From: Nitrospinota bacterium
Lineage (GTDB): Bacteria > UBA8248
Direction: 5' to 3'
Length of the DNA stretch: 64,000 nt
Assembly: GCA_026706735.1 (NCBI GenBank)
Contig: JAPOYD010000152.1
Location: 1,587 to 65,586, forward strand
Below are positions 10,276 to 20,208 of the stretch, one piece after another. Below the pieces are notes generated by a model. That model searched no databases. It was not told the DNA's origin and saw only the letters and a program-made list of their open reading frames with translations. How positions within the stretch are numbered: position 1 is the stretch's first letter; each line of letters begins with the position of its first letter. Both the position numbers and the translations under genes were made by a program.

Positions 10276-10855
10276 CCTCCGCGCGCTCTACGACCGGGTG
10301 CTGGGCTGGGCGGATTCGCGCTACGCCCTGCCCGTCCTCGTCGTCGTATCGGCGACGGAATCCGTCTTCTTTCCCATACCGCCGGACCCGCTCCTGATGG
10401 CCCTGGCGCTCGCCAGGCCGCAGAGAGCGTATCTCTACGCCGCCGTCTGCTCGGCGTCCTCCGTGCTGGGCGGCGCGCTGGGCTATTTCATCGGCTTTTA
10501 TCTCTTAAAAAGCGTCGGCGAGCCCATCATCGCGTTCTACGGCGTGGCGGATACATACCAGATCGTTCAGGAATACTACCGCGCCTATGACGCCTGGGCG
10601 GTCGGAATCGCTGGCTTCACGCCGATCCCCTATAAAGTGTTCACGATTTCGGCGGGTGCGTTCCACATCGATTTCTGGGTTTTCCTCATCGCTTCGATCT
10701 TGAGCCGCTCGGCGCGCTTTTTCTTAGAAGCCGCGCTCATCCACCGCTACGGCCCGCCGATACGAAGTTTCATCGATCGCCGCTTTAATTTATTGACCAT
10801 CCTCTTTATCGTATTGCTTTTGGGCGGTTTTCTGCTCTTCAAAGGATTCTTCTGA
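10268..10855 (+). CDS. DedA/YqaA-family inner-membrane protein
   Basis: 195 aa; ATESVFFPIPPDPLLMALAL motif typical of YqaA/DedA (SNARE-associated) proteins; several predicted TM helices. Confidence 0.7.
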   Translation: MRSLRALYDRVLGWADSRYALPVLVVVSATESVFFPIPPDPLLMALALARPQRAYLYAAVCSASSVLGGALGYFIGFYLLKSVGEPIIAFYGVADTYQIVQEYYRAYDAWAVGIAGFTPIPYKVFTISAGAFHIDFWVFLIASILSRSARFFLEAALIHRYGPPIRSFIDRRFNLLTILFIVLLLGGFLLFKGFF

Positions 10856-11970
10856 TGCCCAGGCGCAGCACGTCCCCCTTGTGGGCGGTCATCATGGCGG
10901 GAGGCTCGGGAACGCGCTTCTGGCCGGTGAGCAGAAAGTCGAAGCCCAAGCAATTCCTGCCCCCGGGCGGGGGAATTCCTCAGAATTTTACAGGCCCCTC
11001 GCTGCTTGATGCGACGCTGGAGCGCACGCGCGGCCTCGCCCCGTCCGAGCGGACGCTCGTCATGGCCTCGGCGGCGCACCGGAAATTGTTGAGAAATCTC
11101 GACATCCCAAAACGCAACGTCGTCTACGAGCCTGCGGGTAGAAACACCGCCCCCTGCCTCGGCCTTGCGGCCCGCATCATCGAAATGCGCGAGCCGGGCG
11201 CATTCATGTGCGCCGTGCCCGCAGACCAGTTCATCGCGAAGACGAGGGAGTTCCGAAAACTCGTCAAGGCGGGCGCGCGCCTGGCGAGCGAGCATGGATC
11301 AATCGTCTCGCTCGGGGCGCCGCCCCACTCGCCCGAGACCAGCTTCGGCTATATCGAGCGCGGCCGTCGCATCACGAAGCCAGGCGAAATCGAGGCGTTC
11401 CGCGCCAAGAGGTTCCGTGAAAAGCCCCCGCTCGCACGGGCCAAGAGATACGCGGCTTCCGGGAAACACTACTGGAACAGCGGCATTTTCATCTCACGGG
11501 CCGCTCACCTAACCGAAGAACTGGAGGCCCACTCGCCCCGCCTGAGCGCTATTTTAAACCGGGCGGCATCCGCATTTGATAAGCGCGACGCCGCCGCTTT
11601 CGCGAAATTATGGGCGAAGTGCGAATCCATCAGCATCGACCACGCGGTGATGGAGCGAACGCGCAATCTCATCGTCTTGCCGGCCAACGTCGGCTGGAGC
11701 GATCTGGGCACATGGCCGGCCCTGCGAGGCGTATTGCCGCGCGATGAGGCCGGCAACGTCTGGATACTGCCTAGGGGGGGCAAGACCGAATCCATCGGCG
11801 CGAAAAACCTCATCGTGCGCTCGAACAAGAAGTTCGTCGCCGCGCTCGGGGTCGAGGACCTCATCGTCGTCGAGACGGACGACGCGCTTCTTATCTGCCC
11901 GGTGGCGGATGCGGAAAAGATCGGCGAGATGGTCAAGAGCCTCGGGGAAAAAGGCGGGCGGTTCCTGTGA
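10855..11970 (+). CDS. manC: Mannose-1-phosphate guanylyltransferase (GDP-mannose pyrophosphorylase)
   Basis: 371 aa; N-terminal AVIMAGGSGTRFWPVSRKSKPKQFL nucleotidyltransferase motif; adjacent to the phosphomannomutase gene. Confidence 0.85.
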   Translation: MPRRSTSPLWAVIMAGGSGTRFWPVSRKSKPKQFLPPGGGIPQNFTGPSLLDATLERTRGLAPSERTLVMASAAHRKLLRNLDIPKRNVVYEPAGRNTAPCLGLAARIIEMREPGAFMCAVPADQFIAKTREFRKLVKAGARLASEHGSIVSLGAPPHSPETSFGYIERGRRITKPGEIEAFRAKRFREKPPLARAKRYAASGKHYWNSGIFISRAAHLTEELEAHSPRLSAILNRAASAFDKRDAAAFAKLWAKCESISIDHAVMERTRNLIVLPANVGWSDLGTWPALRGVLPRDEAGNVWILPRGGKTESIGAKNLIVRSNKKFVAALGVEDLIVVETDDALLICPVADAEKIGEMVKSLGEKGGRFL

Positions 11971-11991
11971 ACCATCCCGTGAAAGGCTGAC

Positions 11992-12798
11992 ATGCTCTGG
12001 GAACACGCCCTCATTCTCGGCGTCCTGCAAGGCTTGACCGAATTTCTGCCGGTGAGCAGTTCGGGGCATCTCGTTCTGGGCCAGAGCATTCTGGGGCTCA
12101 AAGAACCCGGGTTGTTCTTCGACGTCCTGCTCCACGTCGGGACGCTCGCCGCCGTCCTCGTCTTCTACGGAAAGGACCTCTGGCGCATCGCGCGGGGGTG
12201 GTGCGCGTCCCTGGCGGGAAGAGATTCGGGGGACGGTGCAGCCAGAACCGGGTGGCTCCTGATTCTCGGCTCGGTTCCTGCGGGTATCGTGGGCGTTTTT
12301 ATGGGTGATCTGGTCGAGGAGATGTTCGCCTCCCCCAGGCTCGCCGCCTGCGCCCTGCTCGTGACGGGCGGTATTTTATGCCTGAGCGAACCCCGAGAGG
12401 GCGGGGACCGGGGAGAAGCCGAGATGACGGCCAAAGACGCCCTCATCATCGGCGTCTTTCAGGCGTTCGCCATCGTGCCTGGAATCTCGCGCTCGGGAGC
12501 GACCATCGCCGCCGCACTCATGCGCGGCGTGGCGCGCGAGCAGGCCGCGCGCTTCAGCTTCCTGCTCTCCGTGCCGGCCATTCTGGGCGCATTCGCACTC
12601 AAGATAAAAGATTTGGAAGGCCCGCTCGACGCCAGGCTGCTCCCATACGCCGTCGGCGCGCTCGCCGCGGCTATCGTGGGGGCAGTCGCCCTGGGCTGGC
12701 TCATCCGGCTCGTTCGGGGCGGCAATCTGGCGCGCTTTCGCTACTACTGCTGGGGCGCGGGCGCGCTGGCCCTCCTCTACCTCTTCACCACGGGTTAG
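11992..12798 (+). CDS. uppP: Undecaprenyl-diphosphatase
   Basis: 268 aa; GLTEFLPVSSSGHL and PGISRSGATI signatures of BacA/UppP. Confidence 0.9.
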   Translation: MLWEHALILGVLQGLTEFLPVSSSGHLVLGQSILGLKEPGLFFDVLLHVGTLAAVLVFYGKDLWRIARGWCASLAGRDSGDGAARTGWLLILGSVPAGIVGVFMGDLVEEMFASPRLAACALLVTGGILCLSEPREGGDRGEAEMTAKDALIIGVFQAFAIVPGISRSGATIAAALMRGVAREQAARFSFLLSVPAILGAFALKIKDLEGPLDARLLPYAVGALAAAIVGAVALGWLIRLVRGGNLARFRYYCWGAGALALLYLFTTG

Positions 12799-12808
12799 CG
12801 ACGCTCGC

Positions 12809-13423
12809 CTAGTGCATGGGTGAGAACGAAGCGGGCACCCAGATTTCCGAATTCTGCGTGTCCAGGAACGGACGCGAACCCGGAGGCCAGTTTGGCAGTT
12901 CATGCGCTTTCTTGCGAATCTCGGCGCGGTGGTTCATGTCGTCATACGCCCAGACGTGAATCCACTGGTTGAGAGGCCCCATATCGGTCATGAAGAGCGC
13001 CGCCAGCGGGGAGAGTTCTTCTCTCGCCGCGATGTGCTCGCTCCAGCGGCTCAGGACTTCTCCCGTCTTGCCGGGCTGCACGGTGTAGGTTCTGAATTCA
13101 TATACGCTGCCGTAGGCCCCGAGCCGCGGTTCGGGCCGGAACGGGGGAGTCGTCAAAACCGCGCTTTCCTGCTCGAGGATCAGATGCCCGTTGGGCGGCG
13201 GCCACCAGTCCATCGCCATCGTCTTCGCTCGCACCTCGGCGCGGTGGTCCAGACTCTCGTACTGCCAGATGTGCCTGATGCGGTTCAGGTCCCCGACTTC
13301 GGTATGGAAGAATCCCATGATCGGAGAAACTTCGTTTCTCTTGTCGATGACCTTTGCAAAATTCTCCTCGAACTCGTCCACCCCGCCGACGGTCAACCGA
13401 TAAGTGCGCATTTCGTATATCAT
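12809..13423 (-). CDS. NIPSNAP-family protein (two tandem NIPSNAP domains)
   Basis: 204 aa; two repeats each with YExRTYxxxPG...W motifs (MIYEMRTYRLTVGG... and VYEFRTYTVQPGK...). Confidence 0.7.
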   Translation of the reverse strand: MIYEMRTYRLTVGGVDEFEENFAKVIDKRNEVSPIMGFFHTEVGDLNRIRHIWQYESLDHRAEVRAKTMAMDWWPPPNGHLILEQESAVLTTPPFRPEPRLGAYGSVYEFRTYTVQPGKTGEVLSRWSEHIAAREELSPLAALFMTDMGPLNQWIHVWAYDDMNHRAEIRKKAHELPNWPPGSRPFLDTQNSEIWVPASFSPMH

Positions 13424-13599
13424 GGAAATTCTCCTCGCAGATGGCTTGAGAAAAAGGATTTATCCGAAGTGTAGGCCCTGGCGGCCCGGCGGGCAAGGAG
13501 GCGAGGGCTGTTTCGCACCGAATGGCAAAGATACGGAAAATCGGCTCCTAAGCGGAGCGAAACATCTCTTTGAGTTCCATCCATGTGAACGCGCGGCTC

Positions 13600-15225
13600 C
13601 TAGTTCACCCGCTTCTCGCGGCCGGCCCATTCCTTATCGCGGAGGACGAACTTCTGGATTTTGCCCGTGGCGGTCTTGGGGAGCGGACCGAATTCCACGC
13701 GCTTGGGTGCCTTGAAGCGGGCGAGGCGGCTCTTCACGTGTTCGATGATCTCCTCCTCGCTCACCTCCATCCCCTCCTTCTTGACGGCAAAGGCCTTGGG
13801 CACCTCGCCCCATTTCTCATCGGGCACGGCGACGACGGCGACCTCAAGAATCGCCGGGTGAGAGACGATGGCTTTCTCGACCTCGATGGTGGAGATGTTC
13901 TCCCCGCCCGAGATGATGATGTCCTTGGCGCGGTCCTGGAGGTCGACGTAACCATCCTCGTGCGCGACGGCGATGTCTCCGCTGTGAAACCAGCCGCCAC
14001 GAAAGGCCTCCTCGGTGGCGGCGGGGTTGTCGTAATAGCCGGCCATGACGTTGTTTCCGCGCATCATGACCTCGCCCTGGGTCTTTCCGTCCCAGGGAAC
14101 CGCGCGCATCTCTGCGTCCCGGACCTCGCATTCCCCCGTCATGACGAAGGGAACCCCCTGGCGCGCCTTGAGACGCGCGCGCTCCGCGGCGGGGAGGTCG
14201 TCCCATTCCGGATGCCATGCACAGACGGTGTGGGGGCCGTAGGTTTCGGTGAGCCCGTAGGCGTGGACGACCCGCGCACCGAGGTCCTCCTCCATGGTGG
14301 CGATGATTGTGGGGGAGGGCGGCGCGCCCGCGGTCATGATGGTGACGGGCTGGGGGAAGGGGCCCTCCCGGGCGGCGGGGTCGTTCGCGAGGGCGATGAG
14401 CACGGTGGGGGCGGCGCAGAAGTGAGAGACCCGCTCCTCGCGGATCAGGCGGAATATCTCGGCCGGCTGGACGGCGCGCAGGCAAACGTGTCGTCCGCCA
14501 ACCGCCGTCACACCCCAGGTGTAGCACCAGCCGTTGCAGTGGAACATCGGGAGGGTCCAGAGGTAGTTCATGTAGACCGAGCCGCCCACCTCTGTGATCT
14601 CGCCCAGGGCGTTCAGATAGGCGCCCCGATGGGTGTACATCACTCCCTTGGGGCGGCCCGTGGTCCCGCTGGTGTAGTTGATCGAGAGGGGCGCGCCCTC
14701 CTCGCCGATCTTCCAGGGAAGTTTCTCGTTCTGCGCCGAGGCGATGAACGCCTCGTACTCCGGCCCATCGAAGACGGCGTCGGAAGGACCGAAGCCCGCG
14801 GCGTCGTCCACCACGTTCACGAAGGTCCGGACCCCCGGGAGTTTGCTCCGCTTATCGGCGAGGGGCTTCGCCCATTCGCAGTCGGCGACGAGCGCCTTGG
14901 CGCCCGAGTGCTCACAGATGTAGGCGATCTCCTCCGGAGAGAGGCGGATGTTGATCGCCACCAGGAGCGCGCCCAGCAGGGGAACCGCGAAGTGGGCCTC
15001 GAGCATGGCCGGCACGTTGGGGACGACGTAGGCGACCCGGTCACCCTCCCCGACCCCCGCCGCCTTCAAGGCGGCCGCGCAGCGCTGGACGCGATCGGCG
15101 AATTGCGCGTAGGAGTAGCGGCGGCTCCCATAGACGACGGCTTCCTTGTCTTTGTAGACCCAGTGGTTGCGCTCCATGAAGTTGAGCGGGCTTAAGGGCG
15201 CGAAATTGGGGGACAGCTCGGGCAT
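13600..15225 (-). CDS. AMP-dependent acyl-CoA synthetase/ligase (medium-chain fatty-acid-CoA ligase-like)
   Basis: AMP-binding motif YTSGTTGRPKGV, a later YGLTET motif, and a C-terminal GWFHSGD...K region. The ORF track extends to 15441, but the ATG at 15225 (MPELSPNF...) is preceded by a GAGGAGA RBS, and everything upstream is Arg-rich GC-frame extension. Confidence 0.85.
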   Translation of the reverse strand: MPELSPNFAPLSPLNFMERNHWVYKDKEAVVYGSRRYSYAQFADRVQRCAAALKAAGVGEGDRVAYVVPNVPAMLEAHFAVPLLGALLVAINIRLSPEEIAYICEHSGAKALVADCEWAKPLADKRSKLPGVRTFVNVVDDAAGFGPSDAVFDGPEYEAFIASAQNEKLPWKIGEEGAPLSINYTSGTTGRPKGVMYTHRGAYLNALGEITEVGGSVYMNYLWTLPMFHCNGWCYTWGVTAVGGRHVCLRAVQPAEIFRLIREERVSHFCAAPTVLIALANDPAAREGPFPQPVTIMTAGAPPSPTIIATMEEDLGARVVHAYGLTETYGPHTVCAWHPEWDDLPAAERARLKARQGVPFVMTGECEVRDAEMRAVPWDGKTQGEVMMRGNNVMAGYYDNPAATEEAFRGGWFHSGDIAVAHEDGYVDLQDRAKDIIISGGENISTIEVEKAIVSHPAILEVAVVAVPDEKWGEVPKAFAVKKEGMEVSEEEIIEHVKSRLARFKAPKRVEFGPLPKTATGKIQKFVLRDKEWAGREKRVN

Positions 15226-15599
15226 GACATGTCTCCTCAAGAAGGCCCGACGCAGGCCGCGCCGGCGAACGGCGGCGCCCGGAACGAGGGCAACTTCAAA
15301 AATGGGAGGCGTATTGTAGCAAAGCGCCCGAAGCCCGGCAGCCGCGAACCGGAGGAACTTGCTACAGGGCCTCGGACTGCTCCGCGTTGGAGTTCTGTTT
15401 CGAAGCTGCTTGAATATCTTGAAACATGACGGAATCGACACCTCGAAATCGCGTGTGCATTTGCTGGTTGTTCTCTTCGTAAACCTTTACATTACAAAGC
15501 TATCTGCTCGGTTTAACTCGCTTCTGCCCATTTCAATTATTTTTAACCACTCATGATGGGTTTTTCAAAACCCCCACAAGAGCGAGTGGCGGGACCTCC

Positions 15600-16223
15600 C
15601 TATTCGCCCAGATAAGCCTCGCGCACGGCGGGCGAGTCGCGCAGGACGCCGGGTGCATCGCCCATGATGATCCGCCCCGTCTCCATCACGTAGGCCCAGT
15701 CCGAGAAATTGAGCGCCAGGTGCGCATTTTGCTCGACGAGGAAAATGCCCGTCCCCTCCTCCCGAATTCTCGCCAGGACCTCGAAGATGGTCTCGATGAT
15801 CCTGGGTGCCAAGCCGAGGGAAGGTTCGTCCAGCAGGAGGAGCCTGGGCCTCGACATCAGGGCGCGCGTGATGGCCAGCATCTGCTGCTCCCCGCCCGAA
15901 AGCGTACCGCCCCTCTGGGCGCGCCGCTCGTGCAGGACGGGAAACAGGGAGCAGACGTAATCGAGATCGTCTTTTACGCCTGCTGCGTCGCTTCTCAGAA
16001 AAGCGCCCATCTCCAGGTTTTCGAGCACGGTCAAGTGCGGAAAGATGCGCCTGCCCTCGGGCGCCTGGCAGATGCCGCGCTTCACGATGTCGTCCGGCTC
16101 CCGGGCGTGAATTGCCTCGCCTTCTAAGAGTATCTCGCCGCGTGAGACGGCGTTGACGCCGCAGATCGCCATCAGGGTGGAGGATTTGCCCGCCCTAATT
16201 GATCTGGACGAATTTCGACCCTT
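15600..16223 (-). pseudogene. livF: Branched-chain amino-acid ABC transporter ATP-binding protein LivF, 5'-truncated remnant (P-loop region lost)
   Basis: The 190-aa ORF (15600-16172) matches the C-terminal two-thirds of LivF (signature LSGGEQQMLAI, Walker B LLLLDEPSLGLAP, H-loop). Upstream, in frame, only ...SIRAGKSSTLM (a partial Walker A) remains before a stop at about 16221-16223 and the end of the LivK-like gene at 16195. No ATG/GTG/TTG is available upstream of the P-loop. Confidence 0.6.
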
Positions 16224-17319
16224 TCACCTGCCAGAGCACGTAGGGGCTCTCCAGGACGTCTCCTTTCTTGTTGAACTGGAGTTTGCCCAGAGACGTGTTC
16301 CAGGCCGTGCTGCGCAAGTGAGCGGCCAGCTTGGCCCCCCTGGTGCTGCCCGTGGCCTGGATCGAGTTCAGAATCATGTTCGTGGCCACGTAGCTGTAAA
16401 TGGTGTAGGCGCCCACTTCCTTGCCGAAGCGCTTGCGGTGGTTCTTGATGACGTTCTGCGCCGCCGCGAGTTTCGTCTGATCCGGCGTGAACGTGATATA
16501 GGTGCCCTCGGCGGATTTACCGGCGATCTTGTAGTACTCGTCGGTGACAATGCCGTCGCCGCTCATGAAGATCGCCTTCATGCCGAGGCGCTCGCGCATC
16601 TGCTTCACCAGAAGGATGGCCTCGGGGTGGATGCCGCCGAAATAGACGAGTTCGGGGTTTTCCTGTTTCGCGGCCGTGAGTACGGGCGTGTAGTCCTTGT
16701 CCCCCTGTACGACGCCGCTGTAGAAGACGGGCTTGACGCCTCTTTTCTCGAGAAACCGCTTCGTCTCATCGGCCAAGCCCTGGCCGTAAGTGGTCTTGTC
16801 GTGGAGGATGGCGATGCGCTTTAGCTTGAGCGTGTCCACAATATAGTTGGCCGCCACCTCTCCTTGCTGATCGTCGCGCCCGCAGACGCGGAACACCGTC
16901 GAGAAGCCCTGCTCGGTGAGCTTGGGGTTCGTGGACGCCGGCGTGATCTGGACGACGCCCGCCTCCGCATACACGGTGGACGCCGGAATGGAGACCGAAC
17001 TGTTGAAATGGCCGACGATGCCGGCGGCGCCCGAGTTCACGAACTTGTGCGCGATCGACACCCCTTCCCTGGGGTCGTGGCGGTCGTCGCCCCAGAGAAT
17101 GTCCACCTTCATCTTCTTTTTGCCGACTTTCACGCCGCCCCTGGCGTTCCATTCCTCGACGGCGAGCGTGGCCCCGTTTTTCAGCATCTCGCCGAACGCC
17201 GCCTGATCGCCGGTGAGCGGACCGGCCACGCCGATCTTCAAGGTCGCGGCGTGCGCCGCCGAACCCAGAAATACGGCGGCAGTGAGAATGATCAGTACAG
17301 GATACAGCTTCTTGCGCAT
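16195..17319 (-). CDS. Branched-chain amino-acid ABC transporter substrate-binding protein (LivJ/LivK family, type-1 periplasmic binding protein)
   Basis: 374 aa; signal peptide ending AHAATLKIGVAGPLTGDQAAFG; typical Leu/Ile/Val-binding protein sequence throughout. Confidence 0.85.
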   Translation of the reverse strand: MRKKLYPVLIILTAAVFLGSAAHAATLKIGVAGPLTGDQAAFGEMLKNGATLAVEEWNARGGVKVGKKKMKVDILWGDDRHDPREGVSIAHKFVNSGAAGIVGHFNSSVSIPASTVYAEAGVVQITPASTNPKLTEQGFSTVFRVCGRDDQQGEVAANYIVDTLKLKRIAILHDKTTYGQGLADETKRFLEKRGVKPVFYSGVVQGDKDYTPVLTAAKQENPELVYFGGIHPEAILLVKQMRERLGMKAIFMSGDGIVTDEYYKIAGKSAEGTYITFTPDQTKLAAAQNVIKNHRKRFGKEVGAYTIYSYVATNMILNSIQATGSTRGAKLAAHLRSTAWNTSLGKLQFNKKGDVLESPYVLWQVKGSKFVQIN

Positions 17320-17504
17320 GTTGAGTCTCCTTCAGGCAACTGGGATGATTGAGAATCAAAGGTTTCATGCACGCTGCAAGGAAACTTTCATCCTGTGATC
17401 GCCCCTCGCGGCAATCATGACTTTTCCGGTGCCGTGAAATTCGCTTCTTCACAAGATACGCAAACAGAAAGAGCCTTTCAAGATTTTTTTGACGGGCGCT
17501 CCAG

Positions 17505-18071
17505 CTAGGCCGTCTTCACGCGCTCGATGTATTCCCCCGTCCGCGTGTCGATTTTGAGCACGTCGCCCTCGTTCAGGAACAAGGGCACGGTGACCACCGC
17601 GCCCGTCTCGAGTTCCGCCTGCTTTGTCGCGCCCGTGGCCGTATCGCCCCGCACGCCCGGTTCGGTCTTCTTGATGGCCAGTTCCACGAACGTAGGCATC
17701 TCGACCGAAATCGCGTCGCCCCTGTGGAAGAGGATGTCGACTATCGTCTCCTCGCGCAGGAGCTTGACGCTTTGCCCAAGCTTCTCCTCGCCCAGCCCGG
17801 TCTGATCGTATGTTTGCGTGTCCATGAAATAGAAGATGTCGCCGTCGCGGTAGAGATACTGCATCTGTTTCTGCTCGATCCCGGGGTCTCCCACGGACTC
17901 GCCCGATCGGAACGTCTTTTCCAGGACGCGGCCGGTTCTCAGATTCTTGAGCTTCGTGCGGACGAAAGCCCCGCCCTTGCCGGGCTTCACATGCTGGAAC
18001 TCCACGATGATGAACGGCTCGTTATCGAGCTCGATTTTCAGTCCGTTTCGAAAATCACTTGTCGAGGGCAT
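17505..18071 (-). CDS. efp: Elongation factor P
   Basis: EF-P N-terminus MPSTSDFRNGLKIELDNEPFIIVEFQHVKPGKGGAFVRTKLKNL. The ATG at 18071 has an AGGAGG RBS, and the ORF-track extension to 18389 is Arg/Gly-rich artefact. Confidence 0.9.
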   Translation of the reverse strand: MPSTSDFRNGLKIELDNEPFIIVEFQHVKPGKGGAFVRTKLKNLRTGRVLEKTFRSGESVGDPGIEQKQMQYLYRDGDIFYFMDTQTYDQTGLGEEKLGQSVKLLREETIVDILFHRGDAISVEMPTFVELAIKKTEPGVRGDTATGATKQAELETGAVVTVPLFLNEGDVLKIDTRTGEYIERVKTA

Positions 18072-18103
18072 CGGTTCAAAAAACCTCCTGATGATGAAAA
18101 TAA

Positions 18104-19174
18104 CTACAAGACAACGAGTTCCTTGGGTATCGAACGGGTAAGGACCTCCTTCCCCCGCTCGGTGACGAGCACCATATCCTCTATTCTCACGCCGCCCCAG
18201 CGGGGCAGATAGATGCCGGGCTCCACCGTGACCACCATGCCGGGCCTGAGTTCCTCCTTCACGCCGGGGCCGAGCCTGGGGGCTTCGTGGATGTCGAGTC
18301 CCACGCCATGGCCCGTCCCGTGCCCGAAGGCCTCGCCATAGCCGTGGGATCTGATGACGTCGCGGGCCGCCTTGTCCACGTCTCCGCATCGGGCGCCCGG
18401 CTTCACGGCCTCGAGCGCCGTTATCTGGGCTTCCAGGACAATCTGGTAGATCTTCTCCCCCTTGGGCGTGGGCCTGCCGAGGGAGAACACGCGCGTCGTA
18501 TCCGCATGGTAGCCCGACACCACGGCGCCGAAATCGATGGTGATGAGGTCGCCGGCTTTCAGTTTTCTCGAGGAGGCGATTCCGTGCGGAAGCGCGGAGC
18601 GCGGGCCGGAGGCGACGATGGTGTCGAAGGAGGCGCCGGAAGCTCCCCTTCTCCTCATCGCGGTCTCGAGGTCGAGCGCGACGTCCGCCTCGGCGCGTCC
18701 GGGGCGAATCGAGGCGGCGGTCTCGCCCAATGCCTGCCCGTTCACCCGCGCGCCTTTTTTAAGTTTTCGAATCTCACCCGGGTCCTTGCAAAGCCTCAAA
18801 CCCTCCACGAGGCCCGAGACGGGCTTCAGGCGCACTCCCTTGATGAGTTTTCTTATCTGCCGGAATGCCGCGTGGGTGACGTGCGCCTCCTCGAAGGCGA
18901 GCGTCTTGGCTCTCGTTTTCTTGAGTTCCGACGCGATCCCCTGAACCGGAGCCGTATGCTCGGCGCGGCGAAAATCGGGCGGCACCTGCTTCGCCGCCTG
19001 CGAGCGGTAACGGAAATCCGTGATGAAGACGGCGCTTCTCGCGGAGATCAGGCAAGCGCCGGCCGAGCCGGTGAACCCGGTGAGATAGTGGACGTTCTTC
19101 CGGTTCGTCACGGCAAGGGCGGCCAGACCTTCGCGCCGCATCGCCTTTCTCACTGCGCGCAGACGCTGCTTCAT
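18104..19174 (-). CDS. pepP: Xaa-Pro aminopeptidase (M24B)
   Basis: Creatinase N-domain plus M24 metal-binding residues ([19 protein letters not shown]). Start [12 protein letters not shown] at 19174 overlaps the aroQ stop as ATGA. Confidence 0.85.
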   Translation of the reverse strand: MKQRLRAVRKAMRREGLAALAVTNRKNVHYLTGFTGSAGACLISARSAVFITDFRYRSQAAKQVPPDFRRAEHTAPVQGIASELKKTRAKTLAFEEAHVTHAAFRQIRKLIKGVRLKPVSGLVEGLRLCKDPGEIRKLKKGARVNGQALGETAASIRPGRAEADVALDLETAMRRRGASGASFDTIVASGPRSALPHGIASSRKLKAGDLITIDFGAVVSGYHADTTRVFSLGRPTPKGEKIYQIVLEAQITALEAVKPGARCGDVDKAARDVIRSHGYGEAFGHGTGHGVGLDIHEAPRLGPGVKEELRPGMVVTVEPGIYLPRWGGVRIEDMVLVTERGKEVLTRSIPKELVVL

Positions 19175-19668
19175 TCTTCTTCCAGTGGAAACGTCAGCCC
19201 CTTGACGTGGAAATCGACCGCCGCGCGAAGGGCCAGGGCGTAGCCCGCCATGCCGAACCCGACGACGCTTCCCGCCGCCACGGGCCCGATCATCGAGCGA
19301 TGCCTGAAATCCTCGCGCTTCATGACGTTGGAGATGTGCACCTCGTAGACCGGCAAGTCCAGGCCGCCTATCGCGTCCCGGAGCGCAACGCTGGTATGCG
19401 TGTATCCTCCCGGATTGAAGATGCAGGCGACGCATTCACCCGAGGGGGCCACATCCGTCAAGGGCGGTTTCACGCCCGCCGCGCGCTGGAGCGCGTCGAT
19501 GAGCTCTCCCTCGACGTTGGACTGGTAGCACTCCAGGTCCGCCCCCTCATCCGCCGCCATCCGGGCGAGGGCCGCCTCGAGTTCGGCCAGCGTGGTCTCC
19601 CCGTACACGTCGGGCTCGCGCCTGCCCAGCAGATTGAGATTCGGACCGTTCAAAAGCAGTATTCTCAT
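19171..19668 (-). CDS. aroQ: 3-dehydroquinate dehydratase, type II
   Basis: MRILLLNGPNLNLLGRREPDVYG and NPGGYTHTSVALRDA signatures of type II DHQase; start taken at the internal ATG 19668. Confidence 0.9.
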   Translation of the reverse strand: MRILLLNGPNLNLLGRREPDVYGETTLAELEAALARMAADEGADLECYQSNVEGELIDALQRAAGVKPPLTDVAPSGECVACIFNPGGYTHTSVALRDAIGGLDLPVYEVHISNVMKREDFRHRSMIGPVAAGSVVGFGMAGYALALRAAVDFHVKGLTFPLEEE

Positions 19669-19823
19669 ATGCTCACTCAAAGAGGATGCGTCGCGCATCG
19701 AAGCGCGGATTCCGACGGGGAATGGTAGAAAACACGGGCGATGGCGTCAATGAACGGGAGCGGCAAAACTCGTGATTAACGGGCTTGTGGAAAAAGCCCT
19801 CCTCGCTCGCAATTGGCCATCGC

Positions 19824-19964
19824 CGTCATTCCGGCGCATGCCGGAATCCAGGGCCGAGGAGAATGGCGACGCCCCGGTTTTTCATCCTCCACTCATTGGT
19901 GGGAATACAAAAGAAACAAAAAACAAAGACAAAGTCCCTGGATTCCGGCATGCGCCGGAATGAC
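19824..19964. mobile_element. MITE-like element, family A (about 140 bp, 29-30 bp perfect terminal inverted repeats cGTCATTCCGGCGCATGCCGGAATCCAGGG)
   Basis: Left TIR 19824-19853 and right TIR 19935-19964 are exact reverse complements; a second copy with the same TIRs lies at 32786-32925. Confidence 0.6.
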
Positions 19965-20048
19965 GAACAAAACCCACCCCGCTCGTCATTTCCCCGCCCT
20001 ACCCCCCTTGTCGGGTCTGTTGAAAAAGTCCACAGAAGGAACACGCCG

Positions 20049-20208
20049 AATTTCACTCCCCCCTTGAGGGGGAGTCAACGAGACAAGGGCGAAGCCCGCA
20101 GGCGAGTTGGTGGGGGGACATGCCACAGATAAAAGCTCCCCCCACCGAATCGGCCTTCGCACAAACCGCTCGGCCTCTTCGACTCCCCCTCAAGGGGGGA
20201 GTGAATTT
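20049..20208. mobile_element. MITE-like element, family B (about 160 bp; TIR AATTTCACTCCCCCCTTGAGGGGGAGTC, itself a GC hairpin)
   Basis: 20049-20076 and 20181-20208 are inverted copies of the same 28-mer (one indel). A solo copy of the hairpin half occurs at about 29501-29519. Confidence 0.5.

Noticed and set aside
8866-11970. Interpretation of the PMM-yqaA-manC cluster as part of a larger novel polysaccharide locus
   Set aside because: Only the two generic GDP-mannose genes and uppP are present. No glycosyltransferases, flippase or polymerase genes are in the window, so nothing beyond housekeeping can be claimed.
13570-15195. 541-aa plus-strand ORF antisense to the acyl-CoA synthetase gene
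   Set aside because: It is low-complexity (Gly/Arg/Asp-rich) and fully antisense to a gene with strong family motifs, so it is a GC-frame artefact.
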